From Chlorokybus atmophyticus (Eukaryota > Plantae > Mesostigma and Chlorokybus algae), in the NCBI GenBank assembly GCA_009103225.1, contig RHPI01001715.1, positions 896,011 through 960,010 of the forward strand: 64,000 nt of DNA, written 5' to 3'. Made by a program: the position numbers and the translations under genes. Below, piece after piece: positions 1-15,540 of this stretch; position 1 is the first letter of the stretch, and the number at the start of each line of letters is the position of its first letter. Below the pieces are notes generated by a model. The model saw only the letters and a program-made list of their open reading frames with translations, ran no database searches and was not told the DNA's origin.

Positions 1-189
1 TGCGGATACGGACAAGGTATTCCTACTTCTGTGTTGAGCTGCAATGTTGGTGATGCAGTTGAGCGAGCATTGACAGGTGTGAGCATGTATTCACTATGGC
101 AGGAAAAAGAGGAATGGATCAACGCGGTTGGGCGTGCCATTGTACGTCATTCCAACAGCTTGACAGAGAAAGAAATTGTCGACTACTGA
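1..189 (+). CDS. 3' end of small PH-domain protein (AtPH1-like); exons <1-16 and 103-189
   Basis: The spliced translation ADTDK|EKEEWINAVGRAIVRHSNSLTEKEIVDY* resembles the C-terminus of plant PH1 (IADxEKEKEEWINSIGRSIV). GT..AG intron at 17-102. Confidence 0.8.
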   Translation, partial: CGYGQGIPTSVLSCNVGDAVERALTGVSMYSLWQEKEEWINAVGRAIVRHSNSLTEKEIVDY

Positions 190-1111
190 GCTGCATTGAG
201 CCTGCAGTAGCTGGTTGGTAGATGGCTTGATAGAGGGGTGTGTACAGGCATTGGTGTTAACTATCTGTGCAGTAGCAGTTATGGTATCCGTGGCGGTCTT
301 GGGGCCACTTGTAGGTTAGAATAGTACAGCTTGCTGTTTCACTGGTGCTGTCATCTTACAGTTGTATGCTACCATCGTGTCCGTCGGTGTACAGGATATG
401 CGCGCGGTATTGTGTGGTCAGCAACAACAGCAACAGTAACGGCATGGCAATCACTGAGGAGGTGCCGGTCACACCTCCTCGTGATTGCCTTGCAGCTACT
501 GTCGCAGGTGGCGTTGTAATGAGTGGCGGCTGGCTGCAGATACATACGAATATATATGCGTGCAGTGCAGGGCGCATGCATTTTACATGCAAACAGTGTG
601 ATTACCATACAGCACGCAGGCCGATATCATCATCAGCATTTTTACCACCGGGCTTTTCTACTCAACTCAAACTACCATTGACACTAACCACTACCCCGTC
701 AGATATGCAAAGCATCCATGCAACCATTACACCCCTCCTCCCTTCTCTCTCTCCCTCCCCACGCCTCTCCCCTCTTTTGCCTCCCCACGCCTCCTCTCTT
801 CTTCTCCTCCTCTCAAGCATGGGGTATAGGAAAACCTGCAACAAGCATGCATGATGCTGTGTGCTTCACACCATGCATGCGCTAATTACAGCATACCCTC
901 TTCTGTACACCCCCAACTCTGCTCTCAGTTGAATACCAGCGCGAGCTGCACTGTGAAACGGCCCTGCCAGAGGTGGCTTCGTGGAGCACATTGCAGTCAT
1001 AGTCACACACAGAGTATGCCAAGCGCATACCATGCAACATCATGTTGCATTAACATGGCAAACCTGCTATTCTATCTGTCTGCAACAATTTGGTGATCTA
1101 GACCCAACTAG

Positions 1112-2182
1112 TCATGTTAGCAACGACCGCAATGCTGCGACCGTATCCCCTTTATGTTCCCTTAGCGTGCGCTCTGCAACCTTCTTATCCAACTGCACGT
1201 GACAGTAGCAGTCATACAGCGCAATGACAATTACCGCAAACAGTGAGCCACGCAGCGTTGAATAAGCCCTGATATATGCACTGTACCTCCATCTCAGTCG
1301 CTATCAAGTCAACATCCGCTTGGTTGATCTTCACAGCAGCAAGCTCTTTCTCTCTGCATCCCAGCAATGTGTGCATTATAAGCGGCACAGCATTCTTACA
1401 GTGAAAAACATGCCTTACGGCAAAGCAATCCCACGGAGGTCCATTCACTCAAAGTTGCGGGTCCGCAATGCTTCACATGCAACTGCTACTTGCACAATGG
1501 GACTGTGCCTTGTACCTTAACAGCTGTGCTTGACGACTCGCTTCATCCTTCGCACTCAACATTTGCATTGCCTGCATTGCCAACAACCACCACATGTTAG
1601 TGATGCTGCGCAGATGCACATGTACACGTGTAATTGCTCTGGTTTGGCTGCTTTCAGGCACACAAATGAGATGCAAGTGTTTCCCCGACTGTGGCAAACC
1701 AGCTTGGCAGCTGGCCAACCAGACAGTGTGCTGCTTGCATGCACAAACTGCTGTTTGAACCAACTCGTACACATAGACCAGTGCAGGCTGTGACACGCAT
1801 TACCGTCGCCAGTGCACGCACAAGTGAAAGTCACAACTTGAGACACTTGCAATCCTCAACGTTGCGTACACAGCACAATGCATGCATGCTACTCTTGGCA
1901 GCACGCTTGACAACAGCAAGCAACATAGCCAACAAGCATGTGTCTTGCAGTGTATGTTATTCCACACAACTCCTGTGTGCAACAACAGTAGAAGAGATTA
2001 CCCACCCTTTGCACTCGTGTGGCATCGAGCTGCTTCTCCTCAACCACATCCGTGATGGACGACAGCGCCTTCGTCTGCTGCTGCCTGTCCTTCCCGGCAG
2101 CGTCGGCGGCGGAAGCCTCCTCTGCGCCAACACCACCGGCAGCCGCAGCTCCCTCGGCTGACGCTGCAGCATCCTCCGCCAT
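1112..2182 (-). CDS. HYPK: Huntingtin-interacting protein K-like protein (NatA-associated, C-terminal UBA-like domain), 4 exons
   Basis: Exons give MAEDAAA...KALSSITDVVEEKQLDATRVQR / AMQAMQMLSAK...QAQLLR / EKELAAVKINQADVDLIATEME / LDKKVAERTLREHKGDTVAALRSLLT*, the HYPK signature, with canonical GT-AG introns. Confidence 0.88.
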
Positions 2183-2323
2183 GGCTGCACCCCCTACCTT
2201 TCCTCCTTCTCCTTCTCCTCGCCGCTTCCGCCGCCGCCTGCCTAAAGCTCCCCAACAACGCTCACAATGTTATCCTGGGCGCCGTTGTTGTCGCTGTGGG
2301 CGAAGGAGGAGGCGGCGGCGGTG

Positions 2324-4943
<2,620 letters not shown>

Positions 4944-5873
4944 AGTAGCCCAAGGTATTGATTTGGCTCTGCAACCAATGCAACCTTGCTTTGTGTTGTG
5001 TTTGTCAATGTGTTACATGTGTGTCATTCATCAGAGGTTGTCGTGTACGACTTGCTGATTATCATGCCTCTCTCACGAAGTCTTGCACCATGGCTTTCGT
5101 GCACGGCAACGAGGGGTGGAGATAATTGGACAGTGTCAACGGCCGACAGTTGCAACAGAAAGGGTGTACAGAAAGGGTTATGCTCGCTTCGCTACACGCC
5201 TGTCCAGCGCTTCGTGAGCAGCAGCCGGAGCCAAGACCAAGCAAACATCATCATTCCGCTTGGACACACCAAGCCCAAGTTACAGTGTCTTTGACAACCA
5301 CTGCTGCTTTACACAGAAGCGGTGGAGAGAGAACCAACGGTTCAACAAGAGTGATGTCGATCATTTGCATCAATGGCGTGGGTCAGAAGCTATCCGAAGC
5401 TGTTACAGGACAGTACAAAGGCAGGATGCTGCCTAGGGTGCTGCGCAGCCATGCGACTGTATGCATATGCGCCATCTGTTGGTATTCGTTGACACCTCAC
5501 GTTGGTTGAACATAGCAAGGCAGTCCAGGTAGTTGATGCCTGTGTACAGTGCTTCCTGGTGTGAGAGATACTCACATGCTCAATCAGTGCCACAGATGCA
5601 ACCTACTGCATAGGCCCATAAGAACAGCAACCAATCAATAGAGATATTACTGTAGTGAGAGCCTAGCTTTCACCATTGTTGCAGTTGGCTATCTTATGGA
5701 CCTCACCTACATGCAACTCTGGTGTGCGCTTCATCACCTACAGCTGATACATAGTATAACAACAAGTCTCATACACACCGTCCTTGCACCACCTTGTCAT
5801 ACACTACGAAGCCATCACCGGTCATCGTTACAACCACACCAATCACATTCATCACTCACTGACTCACATCACT

Positions 5874-8206
5874 TCAGTCCATGCCATTAAGCTCAGCCTC
5901 CACATCCAGATCATCCCCCACATCCACCTCCTCCGGATCAAACCCCCCATCCCCACCCTCTCCCTCCCCCTCCCCACCCTCACCCCCACCCTCCTCAGCC
6001 CTCACCGCGAAGCCCGGCACGGCCTCCCCCATCCCGTACCTCTCCAACAGCGGTCTCAGCATCCCCGTGAGCGGCCGGTAGAAGTCGTAGAGGAGGGACG
6101 CGGTGGAGGGAGACATCGAGGGGGCGGGGCAACCGGGGTGCTCCAGGTCCAGGAGGAGACCGGGGTTGGCCTGGAGGCTGGAAGTGATGTGGAGGGGGGA
6201 AGAGTGATCTATTGATAGGAACTCCAGCACCTGCAGAAGGGGTTCAATCATGGTGGAGTGAGTGAGTGAGTTTGCTCACCCGGCCGTAGTTGCGCAGTCA
6301 TTGTGTGTTGTGTGTATGCAGGCAAGCATCTGTATGTGCGCAAGTAGTAGGTGCGTGAGCTTACTCTACACTCGCTGAGTGGGTGAGTGAGTGGGTGAGT
6401 GAGTGTACAGTGCACTCCTCCACTGTATCTGTTGGTGAGTTGAGTGTACACCCGCTCACCCACCCAATGAGTGAGTGGGTGTGCATTCAGTCCCTCAGTG
6501 GGTGTGTACACCACTTCAACATGGCTGTTGTTTGTGTGGTTGTACCTTTTGGAGGGCGCGTGAGGTGGAGTTTGTGTCTGTGAGGTGCTCGAAGTCGACA
6601 ATGTGCAGCTGGCGTTTGGGCCCGAAGAGTTGCAGCCACGGCTCCAGTTGCACCGCGTACCACGAGTCCAGCAGCACTCTCCCTTCTCCCCGACACTTCT
6701 CGTGCACCTGTGTTCAATCATATCAGTCATGTGTTGTTGTTGTGTCGAAGTTGGGATGGTGGGGAGAAAACAGTGTATCGGGTGTTACCTGTGCGGGGGA
6801 GAGGTTTTGTTGTTGGGCCATGCATGCGCGCACGACGGGGACCTCACGCGCCACCCACTCGTCGAACGTCATGGTGCACGTGATGTTGTAGTGCCAACCG
6901 TAACGGCGACCTATGTGCCCAAACCTAGAGACAGCGTCACACAACAACACGTTCATGCCAGGTGGGTTGTTGCTGCGTGCGTGTGTGCGTGCATGCGCTC
7001 ACGTCATGTAGGTGTGTACATGCGCGTGTGCCATGCGCGTGGGGGGCTAGGGAAGGGCGTGTGTGCGTGTGTGCGTGTATGCGTGTGGTACAAAGCCTAC
7101 TCCCGTTACCATGAGAGTGTGCGTTGGACGGGGTCGCGTAGCGAGACGAGGAACCTGAGGTCGTCCACAGCGCCGTGTCGGGCGAACCGCACACCGATCT
7201 CCAGCGGCATCCTAGGCGATAATTGTAATATTGGCGTCCCGTCCAACACATACCGCGCACGCTGCGCAATGCACACACACAGATATGTCACTTCAATAAA
7301 GCAAATCACTCAACCGCAGAGGATGCAGTGTGTGTATGTGCGTACCCCATCTGCGATGGTTGGGTCTGTGCAGTTTGGGTAGTGGCTTGCGTAGGCTGCT
7401 AGCCACTCGTGCGGCGTGCGCGGGTGCGGGTGGTCGATGAAGTGCATCTCCTTGGAAGTCTTCAGCACGGCGCCGCGACCAAACTCGGGACTGCGCATGT
7501 GAAATACGTGTATGGGTTGTCAATGCTGTAACCTCATTGCAAAACACTGACTGGTGCGTGCATGCGCACACCTACATGCGTGTATACATGTGTGTCTGCG
7601 TGTGCATGCATGTTGTCGTGCATGAATGTGCCTTCGTGCTTGCGCTTGTTATCAAAAGCGGGAGACAATAGCAAGAGTGTGCTCAATCAAGTCAACACAC
7701 CAAATGAAAGAAAACGACTGCGCGCGAAATCAGAATGCAGAGATTAGGAATATGATGCTGCAATCAACAATAACAACGACAACAACATGCACAACGCACC
7801 TGACGAGGTACTCCCATAGCGTGGTGGATCCGCACTTCTGTCCACCGATGATGAATAGGTTGGGGAGAGCGCGCCCGTTGTAGCACAGCACCCCACCCGC
7901 GCTCCTCCCAACCACACCCACACTGGGCCACCCACTCTCCCCCTCATCCTCATCATCATACACAGCATCACCACCGGTTTCTTTGACCAAACCACCCGCC
8001 TCCTCCAACAGCATTCGCCTGCTCCTCCTTGCAGTCGTTGTCGCTGTTGCTGCTGCTGTTGTTGTAGTTGTTGTTGTTGTCATCAGCCTCCTTGCATGGC
8101 TGCTGCCTGCTTCTGAACCCACAGCAGCAGCAGCTGCAGCTGTCGCCAGCAGGATTAATGATAATGATAGTAGCAGAGACGGTTTATGCAAGGATGCGGA
8201 CACCAT
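5874..8206 (-). CDS. Secreted/Golgi PAPS-dependent sulfotransferase (heparan-sulfate sulfotransferase-like fold), multi-exon
   Basis: N-terminal hydrophobic segment (LLLSLSLILLATAAAAAA), 5'-PSB loop LFIIGGQKCGSTTLWEYL, KEMHF, DGTP, 3'-PB motif LVSLRDPVQRTLSW, YAVQLEPWLQLF and an acidic tail ending at TGA 5874. Confidence 0.85.
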
Positions 8207-11200
8207 CACAGCTTGGCTTGGCTGCTGCTGTTGACAGAGGAGAAAAGTGTTCATACAATAATGGTTGTCCTCTTCCCAGTCATAGTGCATGCGTTGTGCT
8301 GACATCGCGAATATCAACATTGTCATAGTTGTCAGCAAGAAAACCCTCCCCTGATGCGTTGTATACCTGTGTGTCTTGCGTGGTCAAAGGGTGGGCAGTA
8401 GGAAAGGTCACACAATGCAGGGCTGTCTGTCAAATGTGTGGGGGAGCAAAAGGAAAGAAGAGGCCACCACAGCTCCACTGAAATCCTTGGGTTTGTAGGC
8501 ACTACTCAAAGAAAAAAAGCACAACTACAGCTGGCTTGTGCTTGTGCAGTGATAGTGAGCAGTACTACTGTTGGTACAAAAACACCACACCAATGGTGTC
8601 CGTGTTGGTGGTGGTGGTTGCTGACAAGCGGGCGGTATCACCACATGAGCAGGTACAACTAGTCTCTACTCAAACGTCTCCCACCATCACCCCATGCAGT
8701 GGCTTGGGCCCTGCTTATGGTTCGGTCAACCTGTGCTGGGTACAAGTGGAGGGTGTTTGTCCAGGACCCTGCTACCTTCTCCCTTTACTAAAACGCTAGA
8801 AGGTACACGCACGTGCCGTTGTGGTCACACCTGTACATGCCCAGAGGAACACTTGTAGGTGTGATATCACCCCTCCTCTTCCAGCACAGCTAGTGATGCA
8901 GTCCCCACAGAGATCAATCCACGGCCTGGTAAGCCTATCACACAACGACCAGATCTTCCAGGCTCAAGCGGTCTTCAGAGACACACACACAGAGACACAC
9001 ACACACACACACACACATTCAACTTCTCTGCTTACACACGCACACGGTAAGGAAGCAAGCAAAACGCAGGCTCTCTCACCACCGTGTCGTCACCAGTGTG
9101 TGCCTGTGTGTGTGTGTGTTTGCTCTCCAGTCCAGCTGACTGACCCCAACGCACGCGTGGCGGCGGAAGTCGTCGTCGTCGCTGCGTCATCAAGCCGCGG
9201 ACGGAAGTTGTGACAGATCTCTCCCGCCTTGATTGGCAGTTTTGATCTTTTAATACGGTCCTTCTGTGTCTCGGTCCGCAGTGTAATCGTCGCTCACACG
9301 CGCGGACAACGCAAGCTCGTACATTACCGTACTATATGTACGGTGCACGCTCCCCGTCGGACTCTGGACTTGGGTGATGACAGAAGAGCACGCACCACCA
9401 GCTTGCTGATACTTCTCTCTACTAACTGCTATCAACTGCCCAAGTTGCAGTGCACGCCTCGTAATCTCAACCAAAGCGTTGGTCAACTTTCTAAAGTTTT
9501 ATTGACCTGTTGAACATTCTGGCTCGCACGATCACCTTCTCGAGGATGCAGTCTTAACCCGTTATACGCCTCACGTTTCCTCTAATATACTTTTCTATTC
9601 CATCAATGGGGTTATTCTCTTTAACAATGTTACTGGCCAATGATTTCTAGCCACGTCATCTTGTGTTGACGTGCTACACGAAAGGTATTCTATACATCAA
9701 AAGTTGTTGTGTAAATATCATTATATCTTTAAACATGTGATAAAGCATGTATAGCATGTATACCATAAACGAGGTAGTCTTTTATTATAAGACCCAACCC
9801 CATACAGGATCTAAGTCTCTGCTTTTGTCTTATTACGTACGGGAATATTCGTATAGCCAATGATGATTGCCCAAAACCATCGGCCTTAAAAAACCTCTTA
9901 TTCCTAACAAGGTTGTTTTTTTACATCAAGATCTTTTTATGAGGGTAGATTGTTGTCTTCAAACATGCACAGATGCGCAATAAAAGTGTGCCGGCACTAT
10001 CCATATATGTAACTTGAGCGTGTGTCATGGGGTAAGATCGACATTAGCTTTACAAAGCAAAGCGCAAGTCGGCCGTTGTTAGTTTGTGCAACGATGCTTG
10101 CACATGCAGTGATTTTAGCATGAATTTGTACTCAGTAAGGGCTACCAATTGCAGCCCACGTTACAAAAACTAATGAAGTATAATCATCAAGAAGTTTAGC
10201 CAAGGTCGTACTTCATAAAGTACTTATAGGGGTTTTATGGCTACCCTTGATTATGACACCCCCACCAACTTAAACCATTATAACTGCCGCACTTCTTGTT
10301 TAGACGGGGTGAAAACATGTTTGTTGAAAAATGGACGATAAGTGCAAGCCACTTATAATCTATGTATGGGATTGAATGCAAGTTGAAAACATAAAGCCCC
10401 CCGACGTGATGCATGCATAGTTAGGCTAAGTCCATCGCAACAAAACATTCCCCCGCAAGGACTGGTCTCAACCGTTGAGATGTGCTGGTCCAGCATATAA
10501 CCATGCCGTGCACTAATGCATGCTTCACCTCCCGGGGTCCTTGGTGTGAAGCATGCAGAGTTATGCAAACTCCCTATAGCACAACTTAACATTCCTTTGT
10601 GCAGATTGATATGTACAATGACTATGATACGTGCCCAACACCAGCAAAGCTACACCTGGCCCACGGTGGCATTGCAAGCTCATTACACGTATGTACATGG
10701 GTGCATGTTGCTTGCTGTGCTGCTGTATTGCAGATGCGCAAAGTGAGTCAACTCAACTGTTCGTGCACAACAGCTCAACTCACAGCTGCGTTTGAGACAT
10801 GCTGACATCACGGATGCATGCACACCCACGCATACACGCTCACGCACAAGGTGGGTGTGGGGATGTTCGTGTAAACAGTGCAACACATGCCAAACTGATG
10901 TGGACAAATGCAAAGCACTGCTGGGACAGCGGTATCAGCCATTGAGCATCAGCATACACACCAAACAGCAAACAGAGTTTTGACATGCCAACAGACTTGG
11001 CAAGCAGCACTGGACAGAAACAGTTTGTTGTAGCGCCAACAGCAGACAGCAGGAAACGAGCACTCCTGTCTTACGCCACAAAATGCTGATGTGCCAGCAG
11101 CACACGAGCCCATGCATGTTACAGGTATGCGCCTACCATAGGGTATAACAGAGGGGCCACAAGCAAACAAGCAGACACACAACAACCAACGCAATATAGA

Positions 11201-11458
11201 CCACCACAAGGCACATACAACTAGCTAGCTATGGGGCTGGACCCATAGACAGGATGCACAACACAATCCGAAACCACAAGGTGGCTTGTTGTCTAGGGCT
11301 GACCCCACAATGCCTCGTGCGTGCTGCTTAGAGCAGACACTGCCACTGTCAGTGCCTCTACAAGGCCTGCATACCGAAACACTGTACCCTGCTAGAAAAA
11401 TTTGCGTTTGACTACTGCATAATGCCATGAGGCTGCAGATCTGTCTCATCCATGCGGT

Positions 11459-12078
11459 TCACCTGCGTGCGCGTGGTCCGGAGGAGCGTTTCCCTCTGCG
11501 TCCACGGGATGCGCGTGAAGCCCCACCAGCAGCTCGCTTTGCTAGCTCTTCCCTTTGGATCATATTAGCAATGTCCCAGGCGGATGACTCGTAGCTGGGC
11601 GCGTAGCGTGCGGTGAACCAGTCGGGGTAGAGGCAAGCGTGGCCGTTGCCGTAGACGTCGTCCAGCCAGCGATTGTTATAAAATGTGGTGATCCGCTGCT
11701 GTTTGCCATCTGCAAAGCGCATTACATCGTCCTGGTGCACTGCGTACACCGCATCCCACCGCCCTCCCGTGCCGCGCACTCCGGGGGTCGGCAGCGTCAC
11801 AATGATCCCAATCCATCGCTGCAGAACCACACACAAGCCCTGGTCAGCACTACTACACGGGCAGTACACTTACAACTACGCAGCGCACCACGCACCAGCT
11901 CATGTTGCAAGGCGAACTCCTTTTTCAGGAACGCCAGGAAATGGCCCACGTCTCTGGGGCTCTCCAGATCCTCAACGCCCTCCTTGAGCACTACCACCTT
12001 GTACTGCTCGTCAGTTTTGTCCTCGTCGCCCTGCTCGCAGAACAGCTTGTACTGCTGTTGTTGCTGCTGCTGCTCCAT
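11459..12078 (-). CDS. Orphan protein, tandem paralogue 1 (~180 aa; exons 12078-11896 and 11818-11459)
   Basis: MEQQQQQQQYKLFCEQGDEDKTDEQYK...LQHEL|RWIGIIVTLPTPG...YPDWFTARY. A phase-0 GT..AG intron lies at the same position as in paralogue 2. Confidence 0.6.
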
Positions 12079-12526
12079 TGTCATCTGCGCACCAGAGCGG
12101 CTACCGTGAGCAGCTAGGCACTTGCTTGCGAGCATGCAGTGACATCGGTTACAACAGTACATGTGCACGCAACATGCCAACGTATCAAACAGCCTGTTTG
12201 AAGCTGCTGAGCAATGGGTTGTAAGAGTAGTCCGCCTGTTGAACTGGAGTATGTAATACAGCAGACACTGAAATTCAGCCTTAAACGCAGGTGTTGTCGT
12301 CACCAGACTGCAGAGACTTTGCAGTCACATTGGACAAAGGTCAGCTGCACAGGCACTGGACAATGCATGCACTGAACGGGCTGTCAAGACCACTGCGCTG
12401 CTTTGTTGAGACAGTGCATAGCTCAGGGTGCATGGCAAAGTGGTCCAGCACATGTGAAACGTGAAATGTCCGCTTGAAACACAGGCTCATGCAAGCATAG
12501 CACTTGCCACACGCAGGCACAGAGGT

Positions 12527-13052
12527 TCAAGCAGCAGGTGAGATGGGAGCTTTCCACCAAGCCTGCGGCCCCCTCAGCCTTACAGAGTAGCGTGCGGTGA
12601 ACCAGTCGGGGTAACGGCATCCATCGTCGTAGACGTCCTCAAGCCAACGCAGGAGTTTATGCATGCCCCGCTGCATCCTGCGGTCTACAAAGATAGTCAG
12701 GTCGTCCTGGTGCACTGCGAACACCGCGTCCCGTCGCCCTCCTGTCCCGGGCTCTCCAGGGGTTGGCAGCGTTATGATGACCCCAATCCATCTCTGCGAA
12801 TACACGCACACAAGCCTTGGTGAGCACTAGTACACGTACAGTAGTTTGGGAAAACGCAGCGCGCACCAGTTTGTGTTGCAAGCCGAAGTCTCGCTTCACA
12901 AAGGCCAGGAATTTCCACACGTCTCCTTCGAGGCCATCCAGGCTCTGAGAGTCCAGGTCCATGAATACCACTTGCTTGTACTGCTCATCAGTCTTCTTTT
13001 CGTCGCCCTGTTCGCAGAACCGCTTGATGCGCCGTTGTTGCTGCTGCTCCAT
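12527..13052 (-). CDS. Orphan protein, tandem paralogue 2 (exons 13052-12867 and 12793-12527)
   Basis: MEQQQQRRIKRFCEQGDEKKTDEQYK...LQHKL|RWIGVIITLPTPG...YPDWFTARY aligns with paralogue 1. The duplication period is ~975 bp. Confidence 0.6.
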
Positions 13053-14322
13053 TGTCACCTGCACGCCAGAGCGGTAGCCATGAGCGGCCAGGCGCTTGCA
13101 TACGAGCATGCAGCGACATCGGTTCAAACAGTGCATGTGCACGCAACTTGCTGTCAGGCAGCAATGGTGCGCAAGAGTCGTCTGCCTGTTGAATGGCAGT
13201 GCATGTAATACAGGACACAACCGACAGTCAGCCTTACACGCTGACATCCTGACAAAATTGCACCAGTCGCTTGGCATTCGTATTGGACACATTTCAGCTG
13301 CACAGCCAGTCAACAAGCCCATGCATTGTCTAACCAAAGCGGTGTATGACAGTCTGTTCAATGCATGCATTGAACAGACTGTCATACACCGCTTTGGTTA
13401 GACAATGCATGGCAGCACACTCAAGCACAGGTTGACATGACATGCAAGCGTTCTCGAAACACAGACGCTTGCCACACGCGGACAGAGTCAAGCAGGTGGG
13501 AGTTTTCAACCCTGCAGCTCACTTGGAGCGTGAGGCCGTTCAGTGTCTCCAAGACCACCAGCAGCAGGAGGGGGCGCCCCTGGTCGTTGGCTACCTGTGA
13601 GGACCTGCGGACTGTCGAAAGGGCGGTGAGCCTTCAACTCTCGGCCACTGCCACAGCTCTGCTCAAAGCTTGACCCTAACCCACAATGTGCACTACAGTG
13701 CTACCCGCACCGCACCGCAATGCAATGCTGTGCTCGTCGTAGTGGTTGCCACCAGCTGCTTCCACGCCTGCTGGTAAGCCTACAGCAACTTTATAGCAGC
13801 GCTGCTTGTACCCAAAGCTAACTTAGCTCTAATATCAGAAAGTCGTGCTTGCGTGCATAAACATGCAATGTAGGCCTAAGCTTAGCTGCCGCTCTGGTGC
13901 GGTTGACTCGACCATAGGGCTGCATGCTCCAGTGCAGTGCAGCCGTCACGCATCGGCAGGCACTCATGGTGACACGCCACTGCCCCGCGCGCGCCAAGGG
14001 GTGACCGATTATGTCATGACCCTGCTAGGTCTGTCAATTGTTGGAGCCACAACTCGTACATGCAAGGACAGCGTGTGTCACACAATAAAGCGGCAGTGTT
14101 AGGCTGCATAATGTTTCACAGCATGGTGCATGCACCAGTTATTGATTGGTTGTCGATAACTTGAGAATCGTGTACACTGCATGTCATGAGATCTGACATG
14201 CGTATAAGACATAGCACACACGCAAAGAATTATCTTATTACCTGTCATCGTGATTTACTTTAAAGAGCATGCTACAAACAAAACTTTGAGATGCAACATG
14301 TTACAACGGCCGGCACAGCCAT

Positions 14323-14332
14323 TCTCTCTCTC

Positions 14333-14422
<90 letters not shown>

Positions 14423-14779
14423 NNNNNNNNNNNNNNNNNNNNNNNNNNNNNNNNNNNNNNNNNNNNNNNNNNNNNNNNNNNNNNNNNNNNNNNNNNNNNN
14501 NNNNNNNNNNNNNNNNNNNNNNNNNNNNNNNNNNNNNNNNNNNNNNNNNNNNNNNNNNNNNNNNNNNNNNNNNNNNNNNNNNNNNNNNNNNNNNNNNNNN
14601 NNNNNNNNNNNNNNNNNNNNNNNNNNNNNNNNNNNNNNNNNNNNNNNNNNNNNNNNNNNNNNNNNNNNNNNNNNNNNNNNNNNNNNNNNNNNNNNNNNNN
14701 NNNNNNNNNNNNNNNNNNNNNNNNNNNNNNNNNNNNNNNNNNNNNNNNNNNNNNNNNNNNNNNNNNNNNNNNNNNNNNN

Positions 14780-14822
<43 letters not shown>
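14323..14822. repeat. (CT)n microsatellite flanking an assembly gap (N at 14423-14779)
   Basis: Directly visible. Confidence 0.95.
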
Positions 14823-14825
<3 letters not shown>

Positions 14826-15540
14826 CCCGCTTGCGTGTACATGCTCGCACGCATGCATGGCTTTTCTCTTTTTAGTGTAATCAAGCTAGAAAGAGACACT
14901 TTACTTTTAAGTTAACAACGCAACATGACTTGCGCCAACATGAACCTCACACGGTATAGGGTGGTGTACACGTATATATAAGTAACATATAAGTTGTCTT
15001 ATTACAAAACAGTTCTTGAATTGAAAGAGTACTGGTCCCTAGCACTCTGTTCCACTGGAGACTAAAGCATCAGTCATGCTTTTTTCACATCACTCAAGGT
15101 TTGGTGCCATACTTGTGTTGTTGTCTGGCTGTGTTGTTACGATTGTGCCAAGATGCATGCGGGCTGCCGTTACCGATACCGATTGGCCCTTGCTGTGCGA
15201 CACAGTCATTTGTTGCATTCTGTCCTTTGACCCTTGCACCTACTGCACCATGCAGACGCGCCCACGCATTATCACCAGCACGACGACAATTGCAAGCAGA
15301 AGGACAGCCACTGCAATCGCTAAGCGACGCCATTCCCAGCGCCAGGCAGATGATGCCAGCACCATTGCCAGCTTCCATGATGTAGAGCGTAATCTACAAA
15401 CGTTTATTGATTAAAATAACAATCACACGCTAAAGCATGTACACTACCCCTATACATACTGCTAGCAAGCAAACCAACGCTACATCTATCATGAACCGCA
15501 ACCGATGCCGCCATGGCACCAAGCAAGCATCCACAAACTC

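Noticed and set aside
9352-10310. CCCCGTC/GACGGGG as TIRs of the AT-rich block
   Set aside because: Only 7 bp, with no target-site duplication.
14250-14915. Long ORFs of SL/ER repeats here and at 44388-44951, plus X-filled ORFs at 21684-22604
   Set aside because: Artefacts of (CT)n microsatellites and N gaps.
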